From Epiperipatus broadwayi (Eukaryota; Animalia; Onychophora), in the NCBI GenBank assembly GCA_028023455.1, contig JAQFVV010000010.1, forward strand, positions 2,356,001-2,420,000: a DNA stretch of 64,000 nucleotides, read 5' to 3'. Position 1 is the stretch's first letter; every line of letters begins with the position of its first letter. The translations under genes were made by a program, and so were the position numbers. This document shows positions 12,421-34,784 of this stretch, one piece after another. The notes beneath the pieces are model-generated. The model saw nothing but the letters and a program-made list of their open reading frames with translations, made no database searches and was not told the origin of the DNA.

Positions 12421-15074
12421 TATTTTTAAAAAAAATATTTAGAATGATTCGAGCATTTGAATTATCTATTTAAAAATATAAACATTTTCATTATAATAAT
12501 ATAAATAAATATTGCTTTGTTTAACAGAACTTCTGAAATTAATAGTGAAACACATGATAAAAGTAGTACCTGAGTATAATTTTATTAGTTGGATTTATTT
12601 AAAGTCAACAATTATAATCAAATTATAAGCTTAATTCATTTCAGGACAAAATGACGATTTAATCTTTAAAAGATTACACTTTCAAAATTTAAATAATTAT
12701 TACCCTTTTCTTTGCTTACACCTAAATTATTTACTACTGAATATTCAAACAATAATTATTAACTAATATTACCTAACTCTCAATTTATATAAATATCTCT
12801 ACAATATTTTTTTCCCTAGTTATTTAATACATGTGTATACTATAATTTACCACTTATTATATTTCTATCCTTTTTATTTCAGTTTATCCTCATCACATAT
12901 GGTGTTGTATCTTGGTATGAAATCATAGCAGCTGTGGATTGAACAATGAAAGCATCTATTGAGGTAATTACAATTACAGAATCAGCTTAGACACTATAAA
13001 TCTTGCTATATATAATTTGCAAAAATTTATTTTATAATAATTGCAGAATAAAGTTATCTTACTTACAATATGTGTAATAGAGTTAGAAAGAATTGAATAT
13101 AGTATATTGGCATACATTTTACCTTGCCACTACCTAATATATATTTGAGCAGTGATAAAACTCTAAAAGACCACAATTCAGTGATGGATTTTATTTAGAC
13201 ATGAACTGCAGAGATATTGATCATTTCCATTGTCATATCAATTGGCTATGGAGTGGGAATAAGAAATTTCTATTATACCTTGAATCTAGCCAGAACATTA
13301 CTGTTTTATGCAGTAAACTGCATTAATAATATATCACATTCGATTAAGAGTGTTGCTAAGAATAATGAAATTTATAGTGTCAATAACTTCAGCAATTGTC
13401 AAAATGATATATTAGAGTAGAATATCTTAATCTAGATAGTACTGCATTCTAAGTTGTGCTAAATTGATCAACAAACAGGAAGACAATTTATGTTAAAAAT
13501 AGAAATTAAGATATAGAAATCTTGAAAAACAAAGTCTGTTTTAAAAAATGAATGAGATTTAAAAACATATTATTTATTGTTATTATGTTCTATGAGGCTT
13601 ACAAAGTATTTTGCCCACTATAGGAAGAACTATTTTATGAAAGTCAAAAAGCATTAAATATTCAGAATGTTCCTATCTGAAAATTCATGTATAGTGAATG
13701 GTTGGAAACCAAATGTGTGGAATTATTCAAACACAATATTCAAGATTTTTTATTATCTTCTCATCATTTGAGAGAATTTAATAAATACTTTCTTGTTTGG
13801 CAATATGGTAATTTTAAATATATAATGTGAGAATCAGGGTTATGTTCCATAGTTAAAATTAATGTTGATTAATTAAACATTTGCTCTGGTAAATTATAAA
13901 TTAATTCACTGTGCAGGCTTATACACACCTGCACATATATAATGTAATATAAGGGATTCCAACTCAGACTTTCACACAACCCTCAACTCTCCGTGCCATC
14001 TTATTTTGCTGACTCACATGAACATACACATGTTGAGAAGATAAACAATCACCAATATATGTATTTCATGCTAAACCAGCAATCATCAGTTGGTCCAGAT
14101 TACTATCCTCACACATATATACAATCAGTGCTCAGCTTTATATTAAAATAGTCAATCTTCATACTTTAATGGACAGACTTCAAACTACTCCAACTCACAA
14201 TTCTTCAGCCATCCATTTCATTGAAAATCTGATGATGGAACATTCAAAGCCCACGTTAGTGCCAAGATTATCATCCTACCCATGTATTTGGTAAATTATG
14301 TAAAACATTGTTTTATTTGCCCTGCATAAGACTAGAGTTTGATTTAAAAATATTGATTGAAAATATTAGAAATAGTTTTATTTATATTAATTGTCAAAAG
14401 ATTGGGCAAGGAAGCCTTATTGGATTATTAATTAAATTATATATATTTATAATGAAACAATTGAATAAATATTAAATAAGAATGAAATATCAGAGAAAAA
14501 GAAAAATTGAAACCAGTGACTTTAGGTTATGAGAATAATTGGGGAATATATCAGTATTTTTGTTTAAAAAGTGAACAATTATTATAATGAAATATCTGGA
14601 AAAAAAATTGAAACCAGTGACCTTAGGTTTAATATATCCAGCACACAGTTCTTCTTTTCAAAATAGTTCATATATATCTAATATAGAAATAAAACAAACT
14701 AACTCCTTCTTTTTAAAACTTGATTTTTTATGACTTTATGTTATGAAAATAATTGAGAATATATCAATATTTTTGTTTAGAAAATGAACAATTATTATTT
14801 CTACTTGAATAATTAAAATTTTGTAATCCAACTAGTGAAATGAAGATTTGAATTAAATATTTCATATAATAGAGGGAATTCTACTATCATTTATAATATT
14901 TAGAAGTAAGTTTAAAATTTTGTATCTACTATTGTGGAATCAATACTTTTTCAATTTGCAAATTAAAAAAAAAAAGTTTGTTAAATCATGACCTTTACTA
15001 AATTAAAATCTGTATATATATATATATATTTATTATTTGGCAATAAAGATGATTATTTATCTACTGGAGGATCA

Positions 15075-19334
<4,260 letters not shown>

Positions 19335-19499
19335 TTTTCCTGAAGTTTTGTGGTGATTGTGTTCTAGTTGTATTTTTATATTGGACTATTTCCATTATCT
19401 AATATATATATTGAATGTCTTTAGAAAATTTTAACTTTATTTAAATATTCCAAACACATTCAACTGTTAATAATAGCACATCAAGCAGGTTAGTATATG

Positions 19500-19542
19500 C
19501 ACAATGTTTTGAAAGGTATTAGTCTCCCCTTTTCTTCAGGTG
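19500..19542 (-). ncRNA. Minimal hammerhead motif (family C, left copy, mutated)
   Basis: CAC-CTGAAGA-AAAGG(GGAGACTAATA)CCTTT-CAAAA-CATT-GTG; GAAA has become AAAA. Confidence 0.6.
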
Positions 19543-19570
19543 TTGCTGGCCTAACCACTGACAGTACTAG

Positions 19571-19650
19571 CATGGAATTCAAACTTGGATCCTTAGATTT
19601 TTGAGTTTTGAATTTTAAAATAACACTCTAACCAACTGAGCCATCCTGCC
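19571..19650 (-). other. tRNA-like A/B-box segment inside the family C pLTR (left copy)
   Basis: GGCAGGATGGCTCAGTTGGTTAGAG ... AGTTTGAATTCC. Confidence 0.7.
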
Positions 19651-19757
19651 AAAAGCAATCTGTAGCAATTTTATATACTTATCTATGAGGTTTTTCCTGA
19701 TTTCTCCACTTTTCCTAAGAGCAAAGTTGATTAGTGGTTTCCATACCTTATGTATAG

Positions 19758-20357
19758 TCACACTAGACTTATGGGATTTTTTGCCATTGTCATGTGAGCA
19801 GCTTCTTTACATTTTTTTCTTTGTACCTTTTCTTCACTATCCATTATTTTTGTATTTTCCCAATTGAACATATGTTCATTGGCACATATATGTTCTGCTA
19901 CCCTAGACATATCTGTTTTCTCTCTTCCAATCATCAGTTTGTATTCTTGAAAGTGCTTTCCAATGGGATGACTAATCTCACCAATGTATGTTCTTCCACA
20001 TTCACATGGTATTTCATAGATGCAGTTTTTTCTTTTCATCATTTCAAGTTTAGGCTTTGTAGATGTTAGAATTCCTTGTAATGTGGTATGGCTCTGGAAA
20101 GCTGTTCTGATGTTATACTGATTGCAAATTTTTCTTAATTTGTCTGCTATTTTTGAAATGTATGGGTACACTACAGTATCAATAATTGTCTTTTCACTTG
20201 ATGGTTCTTTTTGTTGTCTATTTAATGTTTTCTTAATAACAGCTGATAGATAAACATTTTTCATATGCGTTTGTTTTATAGACCTTTTCTTTTCCCAAAT
20301 CACTAATTTCTGAACAAACTTATTTTGCTCTGTTCCATAGTGATAGTATAACTCCAT
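19758..20357 (-). pseudogene. PLE ORF C-terminus with GIY-YIG endonuclease
   Basis: YPYISKIADKLRKIC...KNCIYEIPCECGRTYIGEISHPIGKHFQEY...VAEHICANEHMFNWENTKI. Confidence 0.9.
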
Positions 20358-20384
20358 GTTTTGTGTTTCTGGTGTGATTGGATG

Positions 20385-20920
20385 AATAGGCTATTTACAT
20401 GAAAGAACTTGAAACCTTAGCCATAAAAACTATTCCATATCCACCTAATGTTTGGCTTCGCTATGCAGATGATACATTTGTTATATGGCCACATGGGGAA
20501 GCACTACTACAAACTTTCTAGAAAAACATCAACAATATATCCCCTTCTATTAAATTCACAATAGAATCAGAACAAGAACAAATATTGGCATTCTTAGATG
20601 TTCTTGTGACAAGATTCCCTCATGGCAAAATCAAAACTACAGTTTACTGAAAACCTACACATACCGGAAAGCCTAAATGTGAAATGATGAAAAGAAAATA
20701 CTGCATCTATGAAATATCATGTGAATGTGGAATAATATACATTTGTGAGACCAATCATCCCATTGGAATGTGCTTGCAGAAACACAAACTGGTGGTTAGA
20801 ATATGTGCCAATGAACATATGTTCAATTGGGAAAATACAAAGATATTGGATCGAGAAGAAAAGATAGAAAGAAGAAAATTTAAAGAAGCTGCTCACATGA
20901 CAATGGCAAAAATCCCATAA
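20385..20920 (+). pseudogene. PLE reverse transcriptase remnant fused by internal deletion to a GIY-YIG remnant
   Basis: IYMKELE..PPNVWLRYADDTFVIWPHG..IKFTIESEQ..LAFLDVLV..VY*KPTHTG then KPKCEMMKRKYCIYEISCECG. Confidence 0.88.
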
Positions 20921-21113
20921 GCCAACGTAGTCGACTATAAAAAAAATTTAAAGAAGCTGTTCACATGACAATGGCAAAAATCCCATAAGCCAACCTAGTC
21001 TGACTATAAATAATATATGGAAACATTAATTAACTTTGCTCTTAGGAAAAAGTGGAGAAATCAGGAGGAACATCATAGATAAGTATGTGAAATTACTACA
21101 GATTGTTGCCTTT

Positions 21114-21196
21114 GGCAGGATGGCTCAGTTGGTTAGAGCATTACATTAAAATTCAAACCTCAAGAATCTAAGGACCCAGGTTTGAATTTCATGCTA
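21114..21196 (+). other. tRNA-like A/B-box segment inside the family C pLTR (right copy)
   Basis: D-arm GCTC-AGTTGGTTA-GAGC with A box TGGCTCAGTTGG; B-box-like GGTTTGAATTTC. Confidence 0.7.
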
Positions 21197-21220
21197 GTAT
21201 TATCACCGGTCAGGCCAGCA

Positions 21221-21265
21221 ACAGCCGACAAAGAGGGGAGACTAATACCTCTTGAAACATTGTGC
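21221..21265 (+). ncRNA. Minimal hammerhead motif (family C, right copy, core degenerate)
   Basis: CCGACAA-AGAGG(GGAGACTAATA)CCTCT-TGAAA-CATT-GTG. Confidence 0.5.
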
Positions 21266-21360
21266 ATATACTAACCTGTTTCATGTGCTATTTATCAGTT
21301 GAATGTTAAATTTTCTAAAGACATTCAATACATATATTATAGTCCAAAATAAAAATACAA

Positions 21361-21920
21361 TCCATCCATATATTTATCCACCTATCCATCCATCTATCCA
21401 TTTATTTATCTATCTATCTAGCCATCTATTTATCTATCCATCCATCTATCTATTAATCTTGCAATCTATGTAGCTACCTACATTTATCTATCTACATTTT
21501 TATCTTGCAACCTATGTAGCTACCTACATTTATCTATCTACATTTTTATCTATCTCTTTATCTCTCTATCCTTATGTTTCTATCTATCTATATCTGACTA
21601 TCTATATATCTCTCTCCCTCCATCTATTTATCTATCTATCCATGCATTGATTTATCATCCCTCTATGCTTCTATCCATCAACATATTCATTAATCCATCC
21701 ATCTGTCCATCATTTATCCACCCTGCTATCCATCCATCTAGTTATCCATCCATGTATACATCCATCAATCCATCTATCTATTTACCTATCTACCTACCAA
21801 TTTATCTATCTACTTGTCAATCTATTTTATCTACATTTTTATCTATATCTATCTCTAACAACTTAAGTACATACCTACCTAGCTAGCTACCTATTTATCT
21901 GTTTATTTATCTAACTATAT
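21361..21920. repeat. (TATC)n field, segment 2
   Basis: Degenerate TATC/TCCA repeats, same orientation as segment 1. Confidence 0.9.
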
Positions 21921-23818
21921 TGTACCAACATTGTCTTGGCACATAATAATTTTGTCTAAAAATTATTAAAATAAAAAAATATTTGTTAAAAGAAATAGTA
22001 TGTAAAAGTTTAAGAGTTTTTTTTTTTATTGCAGTTTGTTTTCGAAAAATGTAAAATTAAAAGTCAAAGAGTTTTTTTAAATAAATTAATGAGTCAGAAG
22101 AGGGGAAGGGGGTTTGCTTTAGAAGTGTCAAGTTAAAAGTTTTATATAAAAAAAGAGTTTTTTTTATTATTATTAGTTGAAATATAACTTAAAGTTTAAA
22201 AATATAAATCTCTTTTATTTAAGTTAAAGAAAAAAAAGTCATCTTAAAAACTAAATAGTAAATTGATCTTAAATTATATATATATGTGTGTAAATGATAA
22301 ATTAATGTAAACTTAATAGTAAAATATATGTGCAATTGTAAATATAATAAATGTATGCGTATTAAATATAAAAAAAATGATATAGAAAATTATCATTAAA
22401 AAACACAGTGATGACTACTAATTAAAAATGTAAAAACGACACATTTGCATGGCTGCTAATTAACATCTCCAACAACAGGATTAAAAAATTATCAAAGGAA
22501 TGCAATTAAAAACAAGGAAAGAGCTTCAACAACAGATATAGCTGGAGGATATCAAAATGACAACATGTCTTCAATTTTTTATCGGACAATTAACATCTCC
22601 AGCAACAGGATTAAAAAATTATCAAAGGAATGCAATTAAAAACAAGGAAAGAGCTTCGACAACAGATATAGCTGGAGGATATCAAAATGACATGTCTTCA
22701 ATTTTTTATCGGACAGCTCAGTTGCATTTGAGAAAAAGTTTAGAAAACAGTTTAGATTGTGTGTTTGAGATTGGGCAGTTGAGATTAAATCAGTCAATAA
22801 TGAAGTGTTAAAACCCTCAGAAACATACAAATTTCTCTGGCCTGAATTCAGTAAAACAGCAACCTGCCCAGAATAGGAAAATGCCTGCATAACAACTTGA
22901 AGAATCACTGTCAATATTTAACTGTCTCCAAGAATAATACCAATGAATAAGCATTAAACCTCCTCAAGAAACTTCAAATCTAACTGTTTAGAAATATTTC
23001 ATTAGAAGCAGCAAACAGCAAGAAGTATCCATGTTTTAAAATCGTAGGTAATAACATTTTTTATACTCATTTCTAAAGTAGCCATCACATTCGTAAAGTC
23101 TCCCATAGTCAAGTAATATGAACTCTATAGCATACACAGACGAACTATTGATGTGTGTGTTTTAAATGTCAAATATTATTTAGTATATTATTATATGATA
23201 ATCTAGAGTGTGAATTAAAATGTGCATGATCATTATACCAGTGTTTCATTATACCAGTGTTATATTAGTTAAATAAGATTTATAAAAGTATTTAAAATTA
23301 GTTTAATAAATGTTAATTAAAATAAATTGTCTTTTAAACTAAAGCTTAATCTGTCGGTCGATTCTTTACCACTAATTGAAATAATTTGTTATGGAATTAA
23401 AATTTAGTAAGTTGTTATTGATAACAAGTAGCTGAGCTAGTTAAATGATTTTTTGAGTGCTGGATTATGGGCCTACTGTCCGAACATGCTGGTTTGTAGA
23501 AACTAATTGGTATCTGGGGTTTACTCAGAAACAAATAAAGTGTTTGGATAGTAGGTGTTTGAATCTATCAGTCGAGATGGGCCACAGTCTGGAAATGTGA
23601 TCATGTTATGCATTGCATAGCTTGGTCTGACTGTGAGTATTGTTGATGGCCTTGCCATCAATAGTATTCTCCATTCTGCTCAAATGGACCGGTTCGTTCA
23701 CGTAATATTTATAACATAAGATTATAAATTTATTGTAAAGAAGGTTTAAACCCAGATAAATCAAGCTTGTAGGGTATGTGGGATCATCTAGGATCATCTA
23801 CAGTTCGAACTCAGTACA
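21921..23818. mobile_element. Solo-LTR-like insertion (1.9 kb) in the satellite
   Basis: Termini TGTAC...GTACA; 4-bp ATAT on both sides (21917-21920, 23819-23822); satellite resumes on both flanks. Confidence 0.6.
22458..22715. repeat. ~130-bp tandem duplication inside the LTR-like insert
   Basis: AATTAACATCTCCA(A/G)CAACAGG...TTTATCGGAC starts at 22458 and 22588. Confidence 0.9.
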
Positions 23819-24163
23819 ATATATATATATATCTCTTTCTCTATCTATTCATCTATCAATTATCTTTATCCATACATACATCTATCTATCTATCTTAACT
23901 ACCTATCTAGCTATCTACCTACTGTCTATCTTTCTATCCATCTATCTATCTATTGTTACCTCTATCTATCTATCTCTGTCTCTATCTCTCTATTTTTATT
24001 TGTCTTTCTGTCTCTATCTCACACCATATCTCTATCTATTATATATCTATCTCTATATTTTTTCTCTCTCTACCTATCTGTCTGTCTTTATCTATCTATC
24101 AATTTCTATCTCTCTCTATTTCTCTCTCTAACTCTATATCTCTCACTCAGTGTTTTTCTTTAT
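23819..24163. repeat. (TATC)n field, segment 3
   Basis: Degenerate TATC/TCTC repeats. Confidence 0.85.
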
Positions 24164-24275
24164 AAACAAGGCAAAACTCTCCATACAGTAGTACCACCCT
24201 GTGCCAACCAGAGTAATCAATGGATGCCTGAAGGCTTGTGCATAAAATCCCTATCTAATGCCTATGTATCCAATA

Positions 24276-24317
24276 TCTCCAGATTAGTTTCTGGCTTGTG
24301 GCCTTCATCAGTGAGGA
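24276..24317 (-). ncRNA. Minimal hammerhead motif (family B)
   Basis: UCCUCA-CUGAUGA-A-GGC(CACAA)GCC-A-GAAA-CUAAUC|UGGAGA. Confidence 0.7.
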
Positions 24318-24732
24318 GCTTAGGTTTCTGAGAGCACTGCACCTAGATCTTAGGATCTAATGCAGCTTTCCAGCAACCACCTTTTATCTCTACTTAACTA
24401 TAAAACTATGAGAATGAAATTGAAAATACAAAAATATTTTCAATCTAAGCTCAATAGATTATATAGTCATAAGAGTCTGAATTCAGTTCAGCACTCATAT
24501 ATTTTGGTGTCTTTGGCTCTTTAACAACCAAAGCCACCACTATGCTATTAGGCAGGATTGGTGTTAAGCCATTTAGCATCACATGATCACCATCTCTTAT
24601 ACTAGCACATAATTGTTCATAAACAAGGCAAAACTCTCCATACAGTAGTGCCACCCTGTGCCAACTAGAGTAATCAATGGATGCCAGAAGGCTTATGCAT
24701 AAAATCCCTATCTAATACCTACTCATCCAATA

Positions 24733-24772
24733 TTCCCAAACTAGTTTCTGGCTTGTGGCCTTCGTCGAGGAG
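24733..24772 (-). ncRNA. Hammerhead motif (family B) with a 3-nt core deletion; retains palindromic ACUAGU stem III
   Basis: UCCUC-GACGA-A-GGC(CACAA)GCC-A-GAAACUAGUU|UGGGAA. Confidence 0.55.
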
Positions 24773-25100
24773 CTTTGGATCTGAGAGTACTGCACCTAGA
24801 TCTAAGGATCTAATGCAACCCTCCAGCAACCACCTTTTATCTCTACTTAACTATAAAACTATGAAAATGAAATTGAAAACACAAAAATATTTTCAATTTA
24901 AGCTCAATAGCTTATATAGTCATATGGGTCATATGGGGATATTGGATGAGTAGGCAATAGGTAGGGAGTTTATGCACAAGCCTTCTGGCATCCATTGAAT
25001 ATTCTGGTTGGCACAGGGTGGCACTACTGTATGGAGAGTTTTGCCTTGTTTATAAACAATTATGTGCTAGTATGAGATTGTGATCATGTGATGCTTAATG

Positions 25101-31835
<6,735 letters not shown>

Positions 31836-32253
31836 TATTTAATCTTGGAAATTTTATAAAATTTGCTTTATAAGTTAGCTATCTATAATGCTATTAGTAT
31901 TTTAATAATAATAGTAATAATAATAATAGTAGTAATGATAATAAGAATAATAAGAATAGTAATAATAAGCAAGAAGAAGCAGCAGCCAATAAAATTTTTT
32001 GAAGTTATCTGTATTTATTAAGAGATATCAAATAATCATCACATTATATATATATAGTTATATGTAAATTCATAAAAATCTGTCAACACTGACAATACTA
32101 ATATCATTAGCAATTATTCATTTCAATCTGTTATCAAGGCAACATGGGTAAGAAATTTTATCATTTAAAAAGGTCTAGACTTAAAATATAGACAGTTTAT
32201 AAATTTATGAGGATTTAGTCTGCTGTAAATATAATAGTTTTTATTTTTTGAAT

Positions 32254-32354
32254 TTTTTTTTTTTAAGTGTCATAGCATCGGCCTGGACGCGAACTCGCAA
32301 CCCGGGCAACTACCTGCTAGTGCAAGGCGGTCGCGCTGACCTCTCGACGACCAA
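32254..32354 (-). mobile_element. tRNA-derived SINE (copy 1)
   Basis: Minus strand: TGGTCGTCGAGAGG (A box) ... GAGTTCGCGTCC (B box) ... A-tail; 9-bp TSD TTTTTGAAT; matches 45815-45930. Confidence 0.8.
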
Positions 32355-32734
32355 TTTTTGAATAGAAAATTCTCATTCTTATGAAAATAGATAGAGATTT
32401 GGCACATGAAGATGAGAATCTGACAAATGTATGCATACAAACCATGCAATGTGTGTGCATATATATATATATGTCCATTATGTAACTATATCACTGTTTT
32501 ATTTATTTGCATTAACAAATATGCTGTGAATTTATTAACTAGCCTATTCTCATACTATTTTTATTCTTATGTATGTATGGTAAGTTTAAAATATATTTAA
32601 TAATTATTATTTTTATTATCTTTTACTATTTTGTACTTTATACTTAGGGATAGTTACAATTATATAAGCAACAATTTTAAATATTTATTGCTATATTTGA
32701 TTGAATACAAGTATAATTCATATACCTGGAGTTT

Positions 32735-33030
32735 TAAATGTAATTATACAAAGGATTTGAATACAGACTTTCAAACTCCCTTTGGCAACCACTCATCTCG
32801 TCTAACTGATACACATCATCACACACATGTGAAAAAGATAAATGATACCAATATAGATACTTTGTGCTGAATCTATTGATGAGTGCTGGTTCATCACGAA
32901 ATATATATATTGCAAATCATTTATCTTTTCACATGTGTATGGACATGTGTATCAGTTATATGAGGTAGAGTGGATGCTGAAGAGAGCTTGAAAGTCTGTC
33001 TTAAAATCACTTATATAATTATATTTATTG
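32735..33030. repeat. Imperfect inverted repeat, probably a PLE-derived head-to-head pair
   Basis: ~32735-32873 is the reverse complement of ~32890-33030; HHR-like TTGATGA-GTG(CTGGTTCAT)CAC-GAAA at 32876-32901. Confidence 0.55.
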
Positions 33031-33334
33031 TTAATAAATTAACTCATTTTTATTAATAATCAATTTTGCTCATGTTTATTTACCAAACTTCCTCCAAACA
33101 TAATGCTATTAACATCCTTTATACTATTAATATGCACAACCCTGAGAAACCATGCAATCCACTGAGAGGAGAGATAATGTTAATAATGTATAAATGAAGA
33201 TGTTCAAGTGTTAATAAGTTTTCCAAAAATAAACTTTTTATATAAAAGATATGGGATCTTAGATTTTCGTTTTTGATTTATTTATTGAAATTAAAAATAA
33301 AAAAATTAAAAATACTCTTAGAACTAATTTATCT

Positions 33335-33750
33335 ATATTAAATCATCTGTGCATTTTATTACTGTTTCACAATGCTTTAATTACCACCCTCTTTTACAGT
33401 TTTGATTGCCCCAGCAATCTTCTTCAGCACTACAACATAATACAAATATATGAATATAAATATACATCTATATACATTATATATATATAATCCATACACA
33501 TACACATAATTTGATACATATATATATAATTCATACACATACACATAATTTGATACACATGTAATTACATACATATATAACTATATGTAATACAACTTAT
33601 ATACATTCTATACATACATCTTGTAATCATAATTTATTTATTATCTTTTAAATATTATATATTTTATCCTTTTTACATTCTATATTTATCGTTTAAAACC
33701 TCCTATAATCATATAAATTGTATTTTTTATTTTACTCCTTATTACAATTT
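33335..33750 (-). mobile_element. PLE pLTR family A copy
   Basis: Collinear with 1871-2110; CTGAAGAAGATTGCTGGGGCAATC on minus at 33404-33427. Confidence 0.7.
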
Positions 33751-34199
33751 ATCACAATTGTTGGTTAATAGTATTGTATAAATGTAACTATTTTTATTTG
33801 AATGTATTTTAAATGTATTAAATAAATATAAATATTATTTTTCCTTACCTAATATTTTATTATATTTAAAGCAATCGAAAATTACTTTTACATATATGGT
33901 GCAACGAATCATGTGATCTGAACATCTTTTTTTTTTCTGCTCAACTCACTTATGTACAGTCACATAATGTACTGAATATGAAATCATGGATAAATTGAGC
34001 ATTTTGTTGTATGTAATAAATAAAATGCAATAAATGTTTGGAATGATAAATAAGATTAGTGTTTATAAATATTTATATGTACTAACATTTTGTGAAAGCA
34101 ACAACAGTATATTTAAAAAACAAATATCAAGGCAATTACATCATGCTATTCTGGAGAGGATTGTATAGGAAAGGTTGGCACTGGTATGATTATTTAATT

Positions 34200-34545
34200 T
34201 TAGAGTATATATAAAAATATTTAAGTTTGTAACTCTGTATAAAAAGGATAAGTAACTCAATAAGAATACCAAAAGAATTATAGAACATTTAGTTATATAT
34301 AGTAACAAGAAAAATGGACACACAAATAAACAGAAATCCATCAACAAAGGAGCCAATCCAATCAAAAGAATCAGTGCCAATTGAGCAAAAATCCATTCAG
34401 AGAGTACAAAATCCATTAGAAAATAAATCAAGCACATATATTATTGTAAGGATTTGCATATTTATGAGGAGGAAATGCTGCAAAAAATTGAAAGAAATGC
34501 ATTTAAAAATTAAAGAAATACAACAAAAATGTTGAAGAAAAGAAA
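34200..34545 (+). repeat. Dispersed direct repeat, copy 1 (copy 2 at ~36758-37115)
   Basis: Shared TAGAGTATA..GGATAAGTAAC..AATCCATCAACAAA..CCAATTGAGCAA..AAATGCATTTAAAAA. Confidence 0.75.
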
Positions 34546-34784
34546 TAAATAATTTAGTAAGAAATCCATATAAAAATGAAAAATTGCAATAAAAATTTAA
34601 AGCAAAGCAATAAAAAAAAAAAATAGTAAATTTAAAAAAATGTGTCAAAAAATATAAAAAAATTTAAGGTAGTACAAGAGACTGGAAACAGCATGATGTT
34701 AGAAATTTTAGTTCAGATACAAGAGCAACACATTTTAAAAATAAAAAGTAGATCTTATGAACACAAAAGTTGGCCACCCCTGTT

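Larger units (their letters stand above)
19335..21360. mobile_element. Penelope-like element, family C, two 5'-truncated copies head-to-head
   Basis: ~19370-19990 is the reverse complement of ~20720-21360; RT and GIY-YIG remnants; flanks share TCCATCCATATATTTATCCA (19298-19317, 21361-21380). Confidence 0.9.
24164..25100. mobile_element. Penelope-like pLTR cluster, family B: two tandem minus copies plus one inverted plus copy, non-coding
   Basis: Minus copies 24164-24471 and 24472-24924 (period ~455 bp); plus copy 24934-25100; 12-bp TSD GTTTTTCTTTAT (24152-24163, 25101-25112). Confidence 0.85.

Noticed and set aside
12883-12963. Plus-strand exon with AG/GT boundaries and late ATG (MKASIE)
   Set aside because: Stops in all three frames upstream of the ATG and no supporting downstream exon; such signals are frequent by chance in AT-rich DNA
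13200-13800. hAT transposase remnant (FHCHINWLWSG)
   Set aside because: Single weak motif, no TIRs or TSD found
21114-21196. Functional tRNA gene
   Set aside because: Acceptor and T stems are degenerate, there is no clear anticodon arm, and it is embedded in a PLE repeat
22458-22715. CRISPR-like array or any prokaryotic system
   Set aside because: Simple two-copy tandem duplication without spacers; the window is eukaryotic repeat DNA
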